Origin: Owenia fusiformis | Taxonomy: Eukaryota | Length of the DNA stretch: 64,000 nucleotides | Reading direction: 5' to 3' | Assembly (NCBI GenBank): GCA_903813345.2 | Contig: CAIIXF020000001.1 | Span: 20,832,001-20,896,000, forward strand | Part shown: positions 40,863-53,100 of the stretch, piece after piece | Position numbering within the stretch: position 1 is the stretch's first letter | Layout: every line of letters starts with the position of its first letter | Notes under the pieces: model-generated | Database searches by the model: none | What the model was told of the DNA's origin: nothing | What the model saw: only the letters and a program-made list of their open reading frames with translations | Program-made: the position numbers and the translations under genes

Positions 40863-42939
40863 ACATGAATAAATTAAAACATTATAATGACAGTTAGTTC
40901 GTATTATGGCCTGAAAACAGGTCTCTGGTACCATTGGCCTTTATCGGATGGCCATGATAACAATAATACAAATATGATATAAAAATGGCGAAAATGATAA
41001 TTCACCAGAAATAAGTGATTATATTGTAATTTATCAACAATTAAAAGTATTTAAATATAATTATAATTATATATATGAAAATATGACTCGGTCTAACATG
41101 TTTGTGTGCTACATATATGTCATATGTCGTTGATTTACTCAGTCTACATTTTATTCAATTGCTTGTCTGGACGAGCATTCATTTAGCTTTCAAATTTCCA
41201 GTTCCCTTTCAAGCTTTGTAGTCGTATTTCAAAGTAAATTTAATCAACCCAACAGTTGACTTAAAGAAATATGGAAACATGAAATTTGAGGCAATTAAGT
41301 CGATATTGAATGTTGTTTGAGTTTTGATGGGGCCTAAGTACATTGTTAGTACAAGGGATGGGTTACATAGAAATACAATCAAAGAAAGCAGTGAAACAGT
41401 TTCAAATCTAAAAATACCCAATAAAGTAAACGATCATTTCTAAAGAATAAGATACAGTTACCTGATTTCTGTTTTCAGTAACCCAACTCGGATGACCCTA
41501 TCTATCAGACTACGACTTTGTGAATCACAATGAACAATTTCAAACGTGTAAACAATTTAACATTAAACCATAATAAGTAAAATGTTTGGACTTGTTTGGT
41601 AGATTTGACGGATTCATCCTTTCAAAATGTTTATCGAATCCTATCTTTAGGTCCATGTTAGATTTTGAAATAGCATCCACCATGCACATTACGTTTTTGA
41701 CCCGTGCTGGTAACGAAATATCGCACATATAAACACATGTAGGCCTATCACCCAAAACAGCAAACGCATGATCGACTTTCAAAGAAACATTTCAGACTCA
41801 CCATTTATATTCCTTACTAATACTATTATTATAGTCTTTTGTTACCCTATTACACAAGATAACATAATAACCAATTTGTTTTTCATAATTCTGTTCGGCT
41901 TGAAAGTGAAGAATCTAAAAAAGATAATAGTTTTGCAAATGAAGGATCTAACGAAGCTCATATCATGTCAGAAATTCGCCATTATTGTGTGGAATTGATT
42001 GCGTTTTTCTTGTTTTGTTTCTTGTGAAATTGTTTTTGTTATTTACATGAATTGTTGCCCTTTGAACGACATTGACTGACTAATATGTGTACTATAAAAA
42101 TTAATTAAACTTTAAAAAGGCACCAGGTTTATCGGTAGCCATGGTGACACATGATATGTAACCGATACCTTCGGCAACTTCTATTCTTTTTGTCAACTTG
42201 TCAGAATGAGTGAATCTCTCAAGTTTTATTTTTGTGCACAAATGCGTGAATGCTACACCGAAGTTAAATTCACGCAGAAGGTTGCGGAAATCCCCCATTG
42301 TTTTATCTTCATAATAAAATAAATATCTTAAGTTTTTTGAATTGACTAAAACGAATCTCGATTAATAAAAACCTGTAATGGTTGACTTTTTACCTTTCCC
42401 TTATTGTGGCCACTGGGGAATTGCAAATCCTGATAGATGTCATACACGATAGTGGGGTGACAATCTAATTTAGCCGTCAAGCACATATGCCATGGTCTTT
42501 TAGAATTTCTTAGATGGAAACAATTGACTTAATGAAACTAACGATGTCAAATTATTTTTTGTTGTTCCTCATACATACTGTCAATAGACCTGAATAATGT
42601 ATTGTATAGTTTCTAATAAAACCAACCTCAACTGATATTTAATTTTCTCTTTGGCATTTGACAATTGGTATTTATTCCTCCCTCTATTATAAACAATGCC
42701 TCAGCTTTCAATTAGTAATTTTTGTACGTTGAAACACTTTTCATTTGATACGGTTGTTAAGAAACACCAACAATTACATTGTAATACTTTCGATATTTAA
42801 AATGATTTTTTGGAGAACCAAATGCATCAAATCATCTAATGCTAAAATACAAAAATCTTAAGAAAACAATTGTGAATATGTATGTGCAAGTTCCTACAGA
42901 AAATTAACAAAAATGGTTTCATCAAGAAAAATAAAACAT

Positions 42940-43110
42940 CTAAGACTACATCAGTTATAAGGAAATCAAACCCATACTATCCCAAATCATAGTCCAATAT
43001 AAATACCCCCTCTCCCACCATTTAAGTATACAATCACAATCCGAGACCATAACACCAAAGGACATTTCATTCATACTGAAGTCATTACAATATTTGTTGA
43101 AGAATAAAAG
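42940..43110 (+). repeat. Dispersed repeat fragment homologous to ~59320-59475
   Basis: Shared ordered blocks ATAAGGAA(A)TCAAAC, CCCC..CCCACCAT, ACAATCC and GGACATTTCATTCATACT..A.CATTACAA. Confidence 0.6.
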
Positions 43111-43117
43111 ACTCTCG

Positions 43118-43603
43118 CACTGGTGATCCACTCGATTACGCTGGTTACCGAAACGGTTCGTTTCGGTAACAAAATGTCGGAACGTCGAAGGTACGATTTT
43201 TCCCTTTTCCTTATTTCACACGTTGTAGGCAGAATTCCCACGACATTTTTATCACAAACGTATTATCATATGTTTGAGAAAATGTACATATTTGCGAACA
43301 TATAGTTCAGAAGACAACAGAATTGCCGATTTAATTCCTCACTTAAGTTATAGAAACGATATTTCGAAAAACAGTTAAGATCTGCACTTTTAACCCGTAC
43401 CGTTTCTGTAACTTAAGTGAGAAATTAAATCGACGATTCTGTTAAGTGTGTCTTCTGAGCTATTTTTTCGCAAACATATACCATTTCTAAAACATATGAT
43501 TCTGATACACGTTTGTGTCAAAAATTGTACTTTCGACGTTCCGACATTTTGTTACCGAAACGAACCGTTTCGGTAACCAGCGTAATTGAGTGGATTACCA
43601 GTG
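43118..43603. mobile_element. Foldback MITE with CAC...GTG ends and 5-bp TSD (Transib/RAG-like end signature)
   Basis: TCTCG|CACTGGTGATCCACTCGATTACGCTGG... and ...CCAGCGTAATTGAGTGGATTACCAGTG|TCTCG. About 83-bp near-perfect TIRs, with looser symmetry continuing almost to the centre. Confidence 0.88.
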
Positions 43604-44879
43604 TCTCGGTTTTGAGAACGAAGTTCATCAGTCTACTGCACGTTACGCCTGCTTTAAACAATTTTGATATTTTAACATATTGTAGATTTGAATGTCCTCC
43701 TTTGAATATTCATAATTTAATGTGGGTGATATTTCTAAATTTTTCATGAAAATAAATATTAGACCAGGAGATTTTTCTCCAAGCCGAGACTTGTCCTTTA
43801 AAGAAGAAATGATTAGATTTACCAAACAAAAATATCCATACAACAGGTGGTCAACGCTGGTTAAACTAAAAAAAATTAAAACAATATACAGTAAAAAAGT
43901 AATCAACAAAATTATGATAGTTAAGAAACATTAAATAATCTCATTACAACCAGCTTGCTTAACCTCCATTAGAAGTCCAATAGAAATATAAAACATATAG
44001 ATATGTCTATCGGTCCACACAACTTGAAGCCACAAAAGGTTCCAAAGATAAAACCACTGGATCAAGTGATGTGTCACGCTTAAGTGCCAATGCTGAATGA
44101 CCACCACAATGGTCTAGCATAAGATCATAAGATAATGCTTTCAACGTCCAACTCATGAGGAGAACAAAATAAAATATTGACTCAGGGTTTACCCTCGAAA
44201 GTTCACTTCTTAAAGACAACAAATCTATGAACAATAACCAAAGAACACTTAAACAAATACAATATTTGTTGTTTGGGAATACAATCTCAAACCTTTTATT
44301 GAGTTGACAATGTTTACACTTACATTCTTATGGAATCGAGTAACCTCAAATTCTAGTTGTCAAATAGCAGTCAAATTATCTCTACATAAACTGTTTTCTT
44401 TTCAATTTACTGCATCTGTGACATGATTAAACTATTTGGGAAAACATTCACAGAACTACGTCATCAAGACTTTCAACAACAAAACCTACGTCATCGCAAT
44501 TTTCATCAACAATAAGCATACATTAACCGAATCCCTTTTCTGAGTTTTTTGGTACTTGTGCTTACATAATTCATTTCAATTCAATTCAAGAAATGCTATA
44601 TGTATCAGAATGCTTACCAAAAATACCATCAATCCCCATCCCATATAAAAATATTAGTTTTGATGGGAGAAGTAAAAAGGTTTGATTGCGCCCCTCCATT
44701 ACTTTATAACATAATATATTAGTCAGAGTACTGTTGAACGAGGTCGTGTACCCATGAGGTGGGCTGGTGCTCTCTGCACAGGCTGATAAAAAGCATGAAT
44801 AGATCTTTTGATATTGCTGCTTATTAGTTCCTATATTTGTTCTAAGTGTCAGTTACTTTCTCTCTTTGTTTCCTGCTGT

Positions 44880-45740
44880 TGCCACTCATATGTCTTGTCG
44901 CAACTCATGTTTTTTGGCGTTGCCACACCCATTTCTTTGTGTTGCAACTCATGTTTTTGGGAATTGCCGATGCCATTCATGTTTCCTTGTGATGCAACTC
45001 ATGTTTTTTGGAAATTACCGTTACCATTCATGTTTCTTTGTGTTGCAACTCACGTTTTTGGAAATTGCCATTGCCATTCATGTTCCTTTGTGTTGCAACT
45101 CATGTTTTTGGAGATTACCGTTGCCATCCATGTTTCTTTGTGTTGCAACTCATGTTTTTGGAAATTGCCGTTGCCATTCATGTTTCTTTGTGTTGCAACT
45201 CATGTTTTTGGAAATTGCAGTTGCCATTCATGTTTCTTTGTGTTGCAACTCATGTTTCTGGAAATTGCCGTTGCCATTCATGTTTCCTTGTGTTGCAACT
45301 CATGTTTTTGGAATTTGCCGTTGTCATTCATGTTTCTTTGTGTTGCAACTCATATTTTTGGAAATTGCCGTTGCCATTCATGTTTCTTTGTGTTGCAACA
45401 CATGTTTTTGGAAATTGCCGTTGCCATTCATGTTTCTTTGTGTTGCAACTGATGTTTTTGGAAAATGCCGTTGTCATTCACGTTTCCTTGTGTTGCAACT
45501 CATGTTTTTGGAATTTGCCGTTGCCATTCATGTTTCTTTGTGTTGCAACTCATATTTTTGGAAATTGCCGTTGCCATTCATGTATCTTTGTGTTGCAACT
45601 CATGTTTTTGGAAATTGCCGTTGCCATTCATGTTTCTTTGTGTTGCAACTGATGTTTTTTGGAAAATGCCGTTGCCATTCACGTTTCCTTGTGTTGCAAC
45701 TCATGTTTTTGGAATTTGCCGTTGCCATTCATGTTTCTTT
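44880..45740. repeat. 50-bp satellite array, left part (~16 units)
   Basis: Unit TGTTTCTTTGTGTTGCAACTCATGTTTTTGGAAATTGCCGTTGCCATTCA repeated head-to-tail. Confidence 0.95.
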
Positions 45741-48680
45741 TTTTTATTTTTTTTTATTTATAGTTTATTTTATTTACACAAAAAGCAATAGTTAATACAA
45801 TACAATACAATTTGGCTAGGCTCAAAGAGCATTATTAGCCAAGTATGAATACAATATATAAAACCTTATAATCAAGGTAACATCTTTAAAGTTCACTCAA
45901 CAGGGGCCTGGGTGATGGCTGCACACTTTTCAAGAAATATTGCACTGAGACTGAGTATTTTGATATTCAAACGTCTGGTAAGTGATGGAGTACCATATAA
46001 GAATAATTGTAATTTTTCCATTTTAGTTTTAAATGTATTAAAGTATCCAAAATTTAGTTGGCAGAGTTGTGCTTCAAAGTCTACTAAAAATGGTTTCCTG
46101 AGGGGACAATTGAAAATCACATGGTGTGTGGTTTCATTATCTTGGTTGCAATAACATGTAGGACTTTGTACATTTGTAAAATTGTGGGCGTGAAGATGTG
46201 CTTGGAAAATAAGGTCTGATCTGACTCTATTTAAAATTATTTCTTGATGCCTTGTTATATGGAGGTCAGATGCTAAGAATACTTTAGGTGGAGCAATTTC
46301 TTCGAGGAAAGCTTTTTTAAATAATTTAACATTTTCTTTTTGCTTTATTTCAGGTTGGAGAGCATTCCATTCATTTAAAATTGAAATTATACATGATTTG
46401 TTCAAAGTATTTGATCTTTTGACCGGAAGTTGATACATTGGGGTGTATCTTAGACCTTCTCTAATGGCAGGTCTGCGAAATTTAGTGAACATTTCTGAGA
46501 CATACCCAGGCGCTAGATTTGCCTGAACTTTAAACATCAATGACATTCTGTGAACCTTTCTCTTTATTTCAAGAGAATTCCAGTTTAAACTTCTGAGCAC
46601 TTTGGTGGATGATGTACCAAATATAGCACCAGAACAGATTAGAGAAGCTTTATAATAAATCTGATCAAGTTGTTTTAAATCCCTTGCTTTTCCACACCCA
46701 TAAATGATGTCATAGAAGTCAAAATGTGGCATAATAAATGAAGAAAACATCAATTTTAGATCTTTCCCTCTTAATTTAGGGGCTAATGCCTTTAACGGAT
46801 TTAAAAGTTTGTCTATTTTGCTTATCATTTGATTAATGTGTGGTGTAAATGATAAGGTTTGATCTAGGACCAGTCCCAAGTGTTTATGTGTTTTAACTTT
46901 TGGTATTGGTTCATCACCAAGATACAAGTCGGGGGTCAAAATTTCGGATTTAGAAGGATTGTAAAATGTTAGTTCCTTGCTTTTGGTTGCTTTAAATTGC
47001 ATGTGCCATCTTGCTGACCAGTTGTGAACAGCATTCAAATCAGATTGCAAGGCTGCCATTTTTTCAATATTATTAGTGGAGTTGTACGAGCAGAAAATAG
47101 AGGAGTCATCAGCAAAAAGGAAACATTTGTTGTTAGTTTCATCGGTAAGGTCGTTTATGTATAAAAGGAACAAGAGGGGTCCTAAAATAGATCCCTGGGG
47201 AACTCCTGTATTTATGTAGTTTTCATTTGACCAATTTGATTCGTGTCCGTCAATAACCACTCTTACCTGTCTATTCTTTAGATATGAGTCAAAGAAAGTG
47301 CATATGTTTGGTCCAAAACCATAGCTTGGAAGTTTGTTCAATATAAGTTTATGTGGCATCGAGTCAAAAGCGGCCGAAATGTCTAAAAATATTCCTTTCA
47401 CATTTTCCCCATGGTCAATATAATTGGCAATATCATCTATAATTCTTAAGAGCTGATATTGAGTACTGTGGCCAGGAATAAAGCCACTTTGCAAGTTGTA
47501 AAGTAAATTATGGTCAACAAGAAATTTAAACATTTTGTTAAATACTACTTTTTCAAAGACTTTAGACAGGCAGCTTAGCAAAGTAACAGGTCTATAATTT
47601 GATACAATGTTTTTATCACCTTTCTTAAAGATAGGGACAACATTTCCTAATTTCCAACATTTTGGAAATGTATTCAGAGTCAAAAGCTTATTAAACAGTT
47701 TTGAAAGTATGTGAGCTAATGATGGGGCTGATAGTTTAAGCATTTTATTACTAATGGAGTCTGGGCCACTAGCTTTGTCAGTCTTAAGCGCCAATAAAAT
47801 TTCAAAAATTTCAGTATTGTCTGTTGAAAGAAGGTCAAAAAAGGCATCAGTTCTTTGGTTCAATTTAGTATCAATTTGGTCATTTTCAGTATGGAAACTT
47901 TTGATAAATTGATTCAGAAAAACTGTCGATTTCTCAAGACTACTCAAAACTGTATCTCCTTTTGAATTTATCAGAAAAGGAATTCTTGATTGACTATTTC
48001 CAAGAAACTGTTTAATAATGTGCCAGTATCCCTTTGATCCAAAAGATTCTTTTGACAATTTAGCATAAAGCCTATTATCATTATCCTCTTTGGATTTAGA
48101 GATGGCCTCATTTACTATTTTGCATTGCTCTTTGTATTTAATATAAGTACTTTCCTTGTTGGAATGCCTAAATTTATAATGCAGTTTGTTCCTTTTATTA
48201 ATCAGAGATTTGATGTGCTTGTTGAACCATGGTTTGTCATTAGCTTTTTTTATTATCATTTTATTTGGAATGTTTAATGTGAAAATTTGTAAAAGATTTG
48301 CTGAGAAATCCTTTACAAGAATGTCAATATTATCACTGGCATCTATCAATTGTTCAAGGTTAGAAGATCTAATGTTGTCATTTAGGGACTGAACATTTGT
48401 TTTTGAATACTCCCAAACTCTACGAGAGTATGGTGGATCTCTTATTGTTCCTGTAAAAATATCAAAGATAAGGGTGCTGTGGTCTGTGTTACCAATAGGT
48501 GGTGTTACTCGGGAGGAAGAAATCATATTTGGATTGTTTGTAATTAGAAGGTCAATACATGACCTAGAGGTCAAAGTAACTCTGGTTGGCTCATCTATCA
48601 GTTGAGTCAGACATAAATTTTGAATTGAGTCAGCTAAAATAGTTCCTTCTTGCTTAATTTGATCATCTTGCCACCATTTG
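45741..48680 (-). mobile_element. 5'-truncated non-LTR retrotransposon (LINE, probably CR1/L2 group)
   Basis: A-rich tail with AATAAA and (TATTG)n at 45741-45810 on the minus strand; 13-bp TSD TTCATGTTTCTTT at 45728-45740 and 48681-48693; uninterrupted RT ORF. Confidence 0.93.
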
Positions 48681-48685
48681 TTCAT
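45893..48685 (-). CDS. LINE ORF2: C-terminal part of APE endonuclease, reverse transcriptase and C-terminal CCHC knuckle (930 aa)
   Basis: EPTR...SCIDL...TDH (APE end), KASGPDSI, NYRPVTLL, LQSGF, FLDISAAFD, GVPQGSILGPLLFLLYINDL, LFADD, KHLG, CYC...ETTHHVIFNCP. Confidence 0.92.
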   Translation of the reverse strand: MNKWWQDDQIKQEGTILADSIQNLCLTQLIDEPTRVTLTSRSCIDLLITNNPNMISSSRVTPPIGNTDHSTLIFDIFTGTIRDPPYSRRVWEYSKTNVQSLNDNIRSSNLEQLIDASDNIDILVKDFSANLLQIFTLNIPNKMIIKKANDKPWFNKHIKSLINKRNKLHYKFRHSNKESTYIKYKEQCKIVNEAISKSKEDNDNRLYAKLSKESFGSKGYWHIIKQFLGNSQSRIPFLINSKGDTVLSSLEKSTVFLNQFIKSFHTENDQIDTKLNQRTDAFFDLLSTDNTEIFEILLALKTDKASGPDSISNKMLKLSAPSLAHILSKLFNKLLTLNTFPKCWKLGNVVPIFKKGDKNIVSNYRPVTLLSCLSKVFEKVVFNKMFKFLVDHNLLYNLQSGFIPGHSTQYQLLRIIDDIANYIDHGENVKGIFLDISAAFDSMPHKLILNKLPSYGFGPNICTFFDSYLKNRQVRVVIDGHESNWSNENYINTGVPQGSILGPLLFLLYINDLTDETNNKCFLFADDSSIFCSYNSTNNIEKMAALQSDLNAVHNWSARWHMQFKATKSKELTFYNPSKSEILTPDLYLGDEPIPKVKTHKHLGLVLDQTLSFTPHINQMISKIDKLLNPLKALAPKLRGKDLKLMFSSFIMPHFDFYDIIYGCGKARDLKQLDQIYYKASLICSGAIFGTSSTKVLRSLNWNSLEIKRKVHRMSLMFKVQANLAPGYVSEMFTKFRRPAIREGLRYTPMYQLPVKRSNTLNKSCIISILNEWNALQPEIKQKENVKLFKKAFLEEIAPPKVFLASDLHITRHQEIILNRVRSDLIFQAHLHAHNFTNVQSPTCYCNQDNETTHHVIFNCPLRKPFLVDFEAQLCQLNFGYFNTFKTKMEKLQLFLYGTPSLTRRLNIKILSLSAIFLEKCAAITQAPVE

Positions 48686-49260
48686 GTTTCTTTGTGTTGC
48701 AACTCATATTTTTGGAAATTGCCGTTGCCATTCATGTTTCTTTGTGTTGCAACTCATGTTTTTTGGAAATTGCCGTTGCCATTCATGTTTCTTTGTGTTG
48801 CAACTGATGTTTTTGGAAAATGCCGTTGCCATTTACGTTTCCTTGTGTTGCAACTCATGTTTTTGGAAATTGCCGATGCCATTCATGTTTCCTTGTGATG
48901 CAACTCATGTTTTTTGGAAATTACCGTTGCCATTCATGTTTCTTTGTGTTGCAACTCACGTTTTTGGAAATTGCCATTGCCATTCATGTTTCTTTGTGTT
49001 GCAACTCATATTTTTGGAAATTGCCGTTGCCATTCATGTTTCTTTGTGTTGCAACTCATGTTTTTGAAAATTGCCGTTGCCATTCATGTTTCTTTGTGTT
49101 GCAACTGATGTTTTTGGAAAATGCCGTTGCCATTCACGTTTCCTTGTGTTGCAACTCATGTTTTTGGAATTTGCCGTTGTCATTCATGTTTCTTTGTGTT
49201 GCAACTCATGTTTTTGGAAATTGCCGTTGCCATTCATGTTTCTTTGTGTTGCAACTCATG
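48681..49260. repeat. 50-bp satellite array, right part (~11 units)
   Basis: Same unit resumes in register after the LINE's TSD. Confidence 0.95.
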
Positions 49261-50175
49261 TTAATTGTTATTGTGACAAATAGTCACTCTATTTTGGTGT
49301 TGCAAATCACGTGTCTGTCTCGGTGTCGCCACTCATGTTTTTTGGTGTTGCAACTCACATGTCTTTGTGTTGCCACTCGTGTTTTTTGGTGTTGCAACTT
49401 ACAATTTTTGGTATTGCAACTCTTCTTCTTTGTGTTTTTAATTTTTTGGTGTTGCAACTCACGTTCTTGGTGTTTTTGATGTTTCTTGGTATTGCGACTC
49501 TTGTTTCTTGGTGTTGCAACTCATGTTCTTGATGTTGCGACTCGTGTTTTTGGTGTTGCAACTCACATGTCTTTGTGTTGCCACTCGTGTTTTTTGGTGT
49601 TGCAACTTGCGATTTTTGGTATTGCAACTCTTGTTCTTTCTGTTTTTAATTTGGTGCTGCATGTTAATTGGTACTGTGGCTAATTGTCACTCTTTTTTGG
49701 TGTTGAGAATCACGTGTCTGTCTCTTTGTCGCCACTCATGTTCTTGATGTTGCAACTCACATGTCTTTGTGTTGCCACTCGTGTTTTTTGGTGTTGCAAC
49801 TTACGACTTTTGGTATTGCAACTCTTGTTCTTTCTGTTTTTAATTTTTTGGTGTTGCAGCTCATGTTAATTGGTACTGTGGCTAATTTTCACTCTTTTTT
49901 GGAGTTGCGAATCACGTGTCTGTCTCGGTGTCGCCACTCATGTTTTTTGGTGTTGCAACTCATGTTAATTGGTACTGTGGCTAATTGTCACTCTTTTTTG
50001 GAGTAAACATGAACATAAACATAAACTCGGTGTCGCCACTCGTGTTTTTTGGTCTTGCAACTCATGTTCTTGGTGTTTTTGATGTTTTTTGGTGTTGCGA
50101 CTCGTGTTCTTGATGTTGCGACTCGTTGCCACTCGTATTTTCTGGTGTTGTGACTCCTGCCTCTTGGTGTTGTCA
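49261..50175. repeat. Diverged complex tandem repeat built on the same GTGTTGC(A/G/C)ACTC core
   Basis: Subunits of about 20-25 bp such as TTTTTGGTGTTGCAACTCA, with recurring longer blocks (ATGTTAATTGGTACTGTGGCTAATT...CACTCTTTTTTGG near 49661, 49863 and 49962). Confidence 0.85.
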
Positions 50176-53100
50176 ATCATTTTTATCAACATATATCGCA
50201 CTCAATACCGTTATTCTCTTATCTAGATTACTCGAATGACATCTTTTGACTATAATACAAACCATACGTAATTGAAATCCAATGCAAAGCTGAATTATTA
50301 TCGTAATTTTCAAATACTGTGTCATTTTTGATTCGATGATGTGCTCTTTATTTTACATACCATGGTACCATTAAGTCATTAAACGACGCAAATGCCTAGA
50401 TATTGGAAAAGACGTTTCAATAAGTTCTAGATTTTTTTTTGTTTTTTATTTTTGAAGAAATGTTTGTCCTAATTTAATAAATTCATTTTATCTACAAGAG
50501 AGTAAGTTTCTTCTGTTCTTTTATGTTGCTTACGATTTTGTCACCCCATATAGATCTGATTATGTATTTAAGTGTATGTGTATATATTTGAATTATCAAA
50601 TGCCTTGGAAAGGTCAAGAAAGATTACTCTATTTTGAGCCTATTTTTATCCAAAGTTCAGTAAACTTTGAAGTTCAATACAATTTTCCTCTAGCGATCGA
50701 GGATTATCTTAAGTTATGACATCTTTTTTCCTCATCAAACCCAATTCAAACTGCATAACCAGATAACCGACAATTGTGTGAAACAATTTCACACATCCTC
50801 GTTGGTATTACTCATCATGACATATTATAGATGTCTCTAAAGTACTTGAAAGCCATCCGTGACAAGATACTACAGTATTTACGAGCATTTCTCAACATAT
50901 ATCCAAATTGCAATTACAGATCTGATGGACATTACAATTAATTACAAAAGCAAGACATAGTTTTAAACTGTCGTTTTAAACCTTTCGTCCCAGTTTAAAT
51001 ACTTTATGGTTTATAATGCTAGATATTAATGAAGATTTCAGTGTCAGTAGGACTGTCATTCCTACATCTTTATTAATTACATGGACATGAAAACGTTTAC
51101 ACCAGTATTATATATTACGTCATTAGAACGCTATGTATTATTGGCCAGATCATCTTTATAAGTTTACATCATGGTATTTAATATATAATTTATATGATTT
51201 AGATTATTTCACCTCGTCAATTTTCTATCAAGCTATGCACCAAACGTTTTTCTCTGTAGTTAGGTATCACTTATCTGTGAATATAAAAATCACGAAAATG
51301 ATTTTTACCACCAGTGACGATACTCATTTTCTCATAGTTTTCTTAAAAGACCAAAAAAAAAAAAAAAAAAAATGAAATATGATATTTTGAAAACCATTTG
51401 AAATACCGTAATCGATTTTTTGGATTGGAAGTTAGATCTAGAATTAGAAGCACATCGAATTATCGTTTGAGATCGTTAAATTCCCAAAGAATTGATTGTG
51501 TAGGAGAATTATTAGGTAGAAAATTCGAATTCAAATACTTGAGCTACTGTCCGGTACTAGTGTGAAGTGGGATTGTCAGATGTGGACTGTGTACACTTAC
51601 TATTATGCTACTATTGTACATTCTACTTGTGTAATACCATTGATTCCTCTTTCTCACAATAGATTCATATTTACATTGTGACGCAATCGGCGCCAAATTT
51701 GTTGACCAATAAGAGTCTGTCAACCATTGAAATCACTTAAACGTATCAGTTTCCATTTAATCAAGTCAGCTATAATTGTAACTTCTTTGATTAGATAATT
51801 AAAGCCTATTGTATGGTTTGCAAAGCTTTCATAGAAGTCACTTGCTTCTGACTCGAGCCACTTGCACTGCATTTGCCTTTCGAAAAATACATTACGTGAC
51901 ATTATCAAAATATTTTCTCAGCATTTACAACTGTTGATGTACTCGATTTTGTGTAATATAAGTAGACGTGGGTTAGATATTATAAACGTAGTGAAAACAG
52001 AAATATTGTATTATATTCAATTCTCTGAAATGTATCATATTGACCATCTCATCGAAATAATTCGTATAATTGATCGAGCATATAGCTAACCTAATAAGGA
52101 ACCCTATTCACTAATAATGAGATACATGATACAATGGAATCTAACCCTCCCTCATCGGATATGGAAAAGCTCGTATTAGGTGCCCTTCCTATTCCTTTTG
52201 TCGACCATTTAACATATAAAATTGGAAAATAGACCAGTGTTAAATGAACTATTTTGTCTCAAATTTTGACGGTTCACGTTTTAAAAATGACATTGCAACA
52301 TCTTTAAAACTCTTGTGAAAAAGAACTTAGTGTTTGAACACCATAAGAATACAGTCACAACTATACTTCATATAGATGGCGCGCATATCGCACGAATTAT
52401 GACATTATATTACATTGTCAAGTAGGTATCAAATATTAAAATAAATTAAGATAATAATTTCTTTGCTTTTCTTAGAGATGGGATATGCCAATAAAGCAGA
52501 AGTAATGGATCAGTTGATCAAATCGATGGTAGTGATTAATGCGACCAGGTTAATAAGCCAATATGCAGTTAATAGATGCAAATGATCTATCATCATAAGT
52601 GCTTCAGATAAAAACGTCATTTTCTCTTAGAGACCATGAGAAAAATATTATTATGACATTTGAGTCGAGACGGGGTTATTATGTTTAATATACAGAGGTG
52701 ATGGTTTGTAAGATTTCAATGGTTTATAATGGTAAGCTGAAAATCAATTGTATTCATTTGAATGGTTGAAAATATTGTTCAGAGTATTTTTAAATCATTG
52801 TTACCTGAAGAAAAGTGTTCAATACTTTCATACTTTCGGTTGCCATAAATTTCAAAATACAGATAAATGACTAATAATACCTAGGATGAAGAAACATCAT
52901 CCTAGATAATACAAACAGTCACGTTCTTAAATTATATTTTAAACTTTATTTGATAACATTACTTTCACCCGTGTAATCTTCAAATAAGTATTGGCTTATT
53001 ACAACGATTAACTACATAAACGAAACAGGCGCTTCTGACGATTACGTTTACGCAAATGATTATGGATTACAATTTATTAGGACTACAATTGTAAAATACG

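Noticed and set aside
44808..49479. Overlapping Cys/His/Phe-rich ORFs in all three plus frames, and a CRISPR-like look of the array
   Set aside because: The 50-bp unit lacks stops and cycles through frames, so the ORFs are artefacts; there are no unique spacers or cas genes and the context is eukaryotic.
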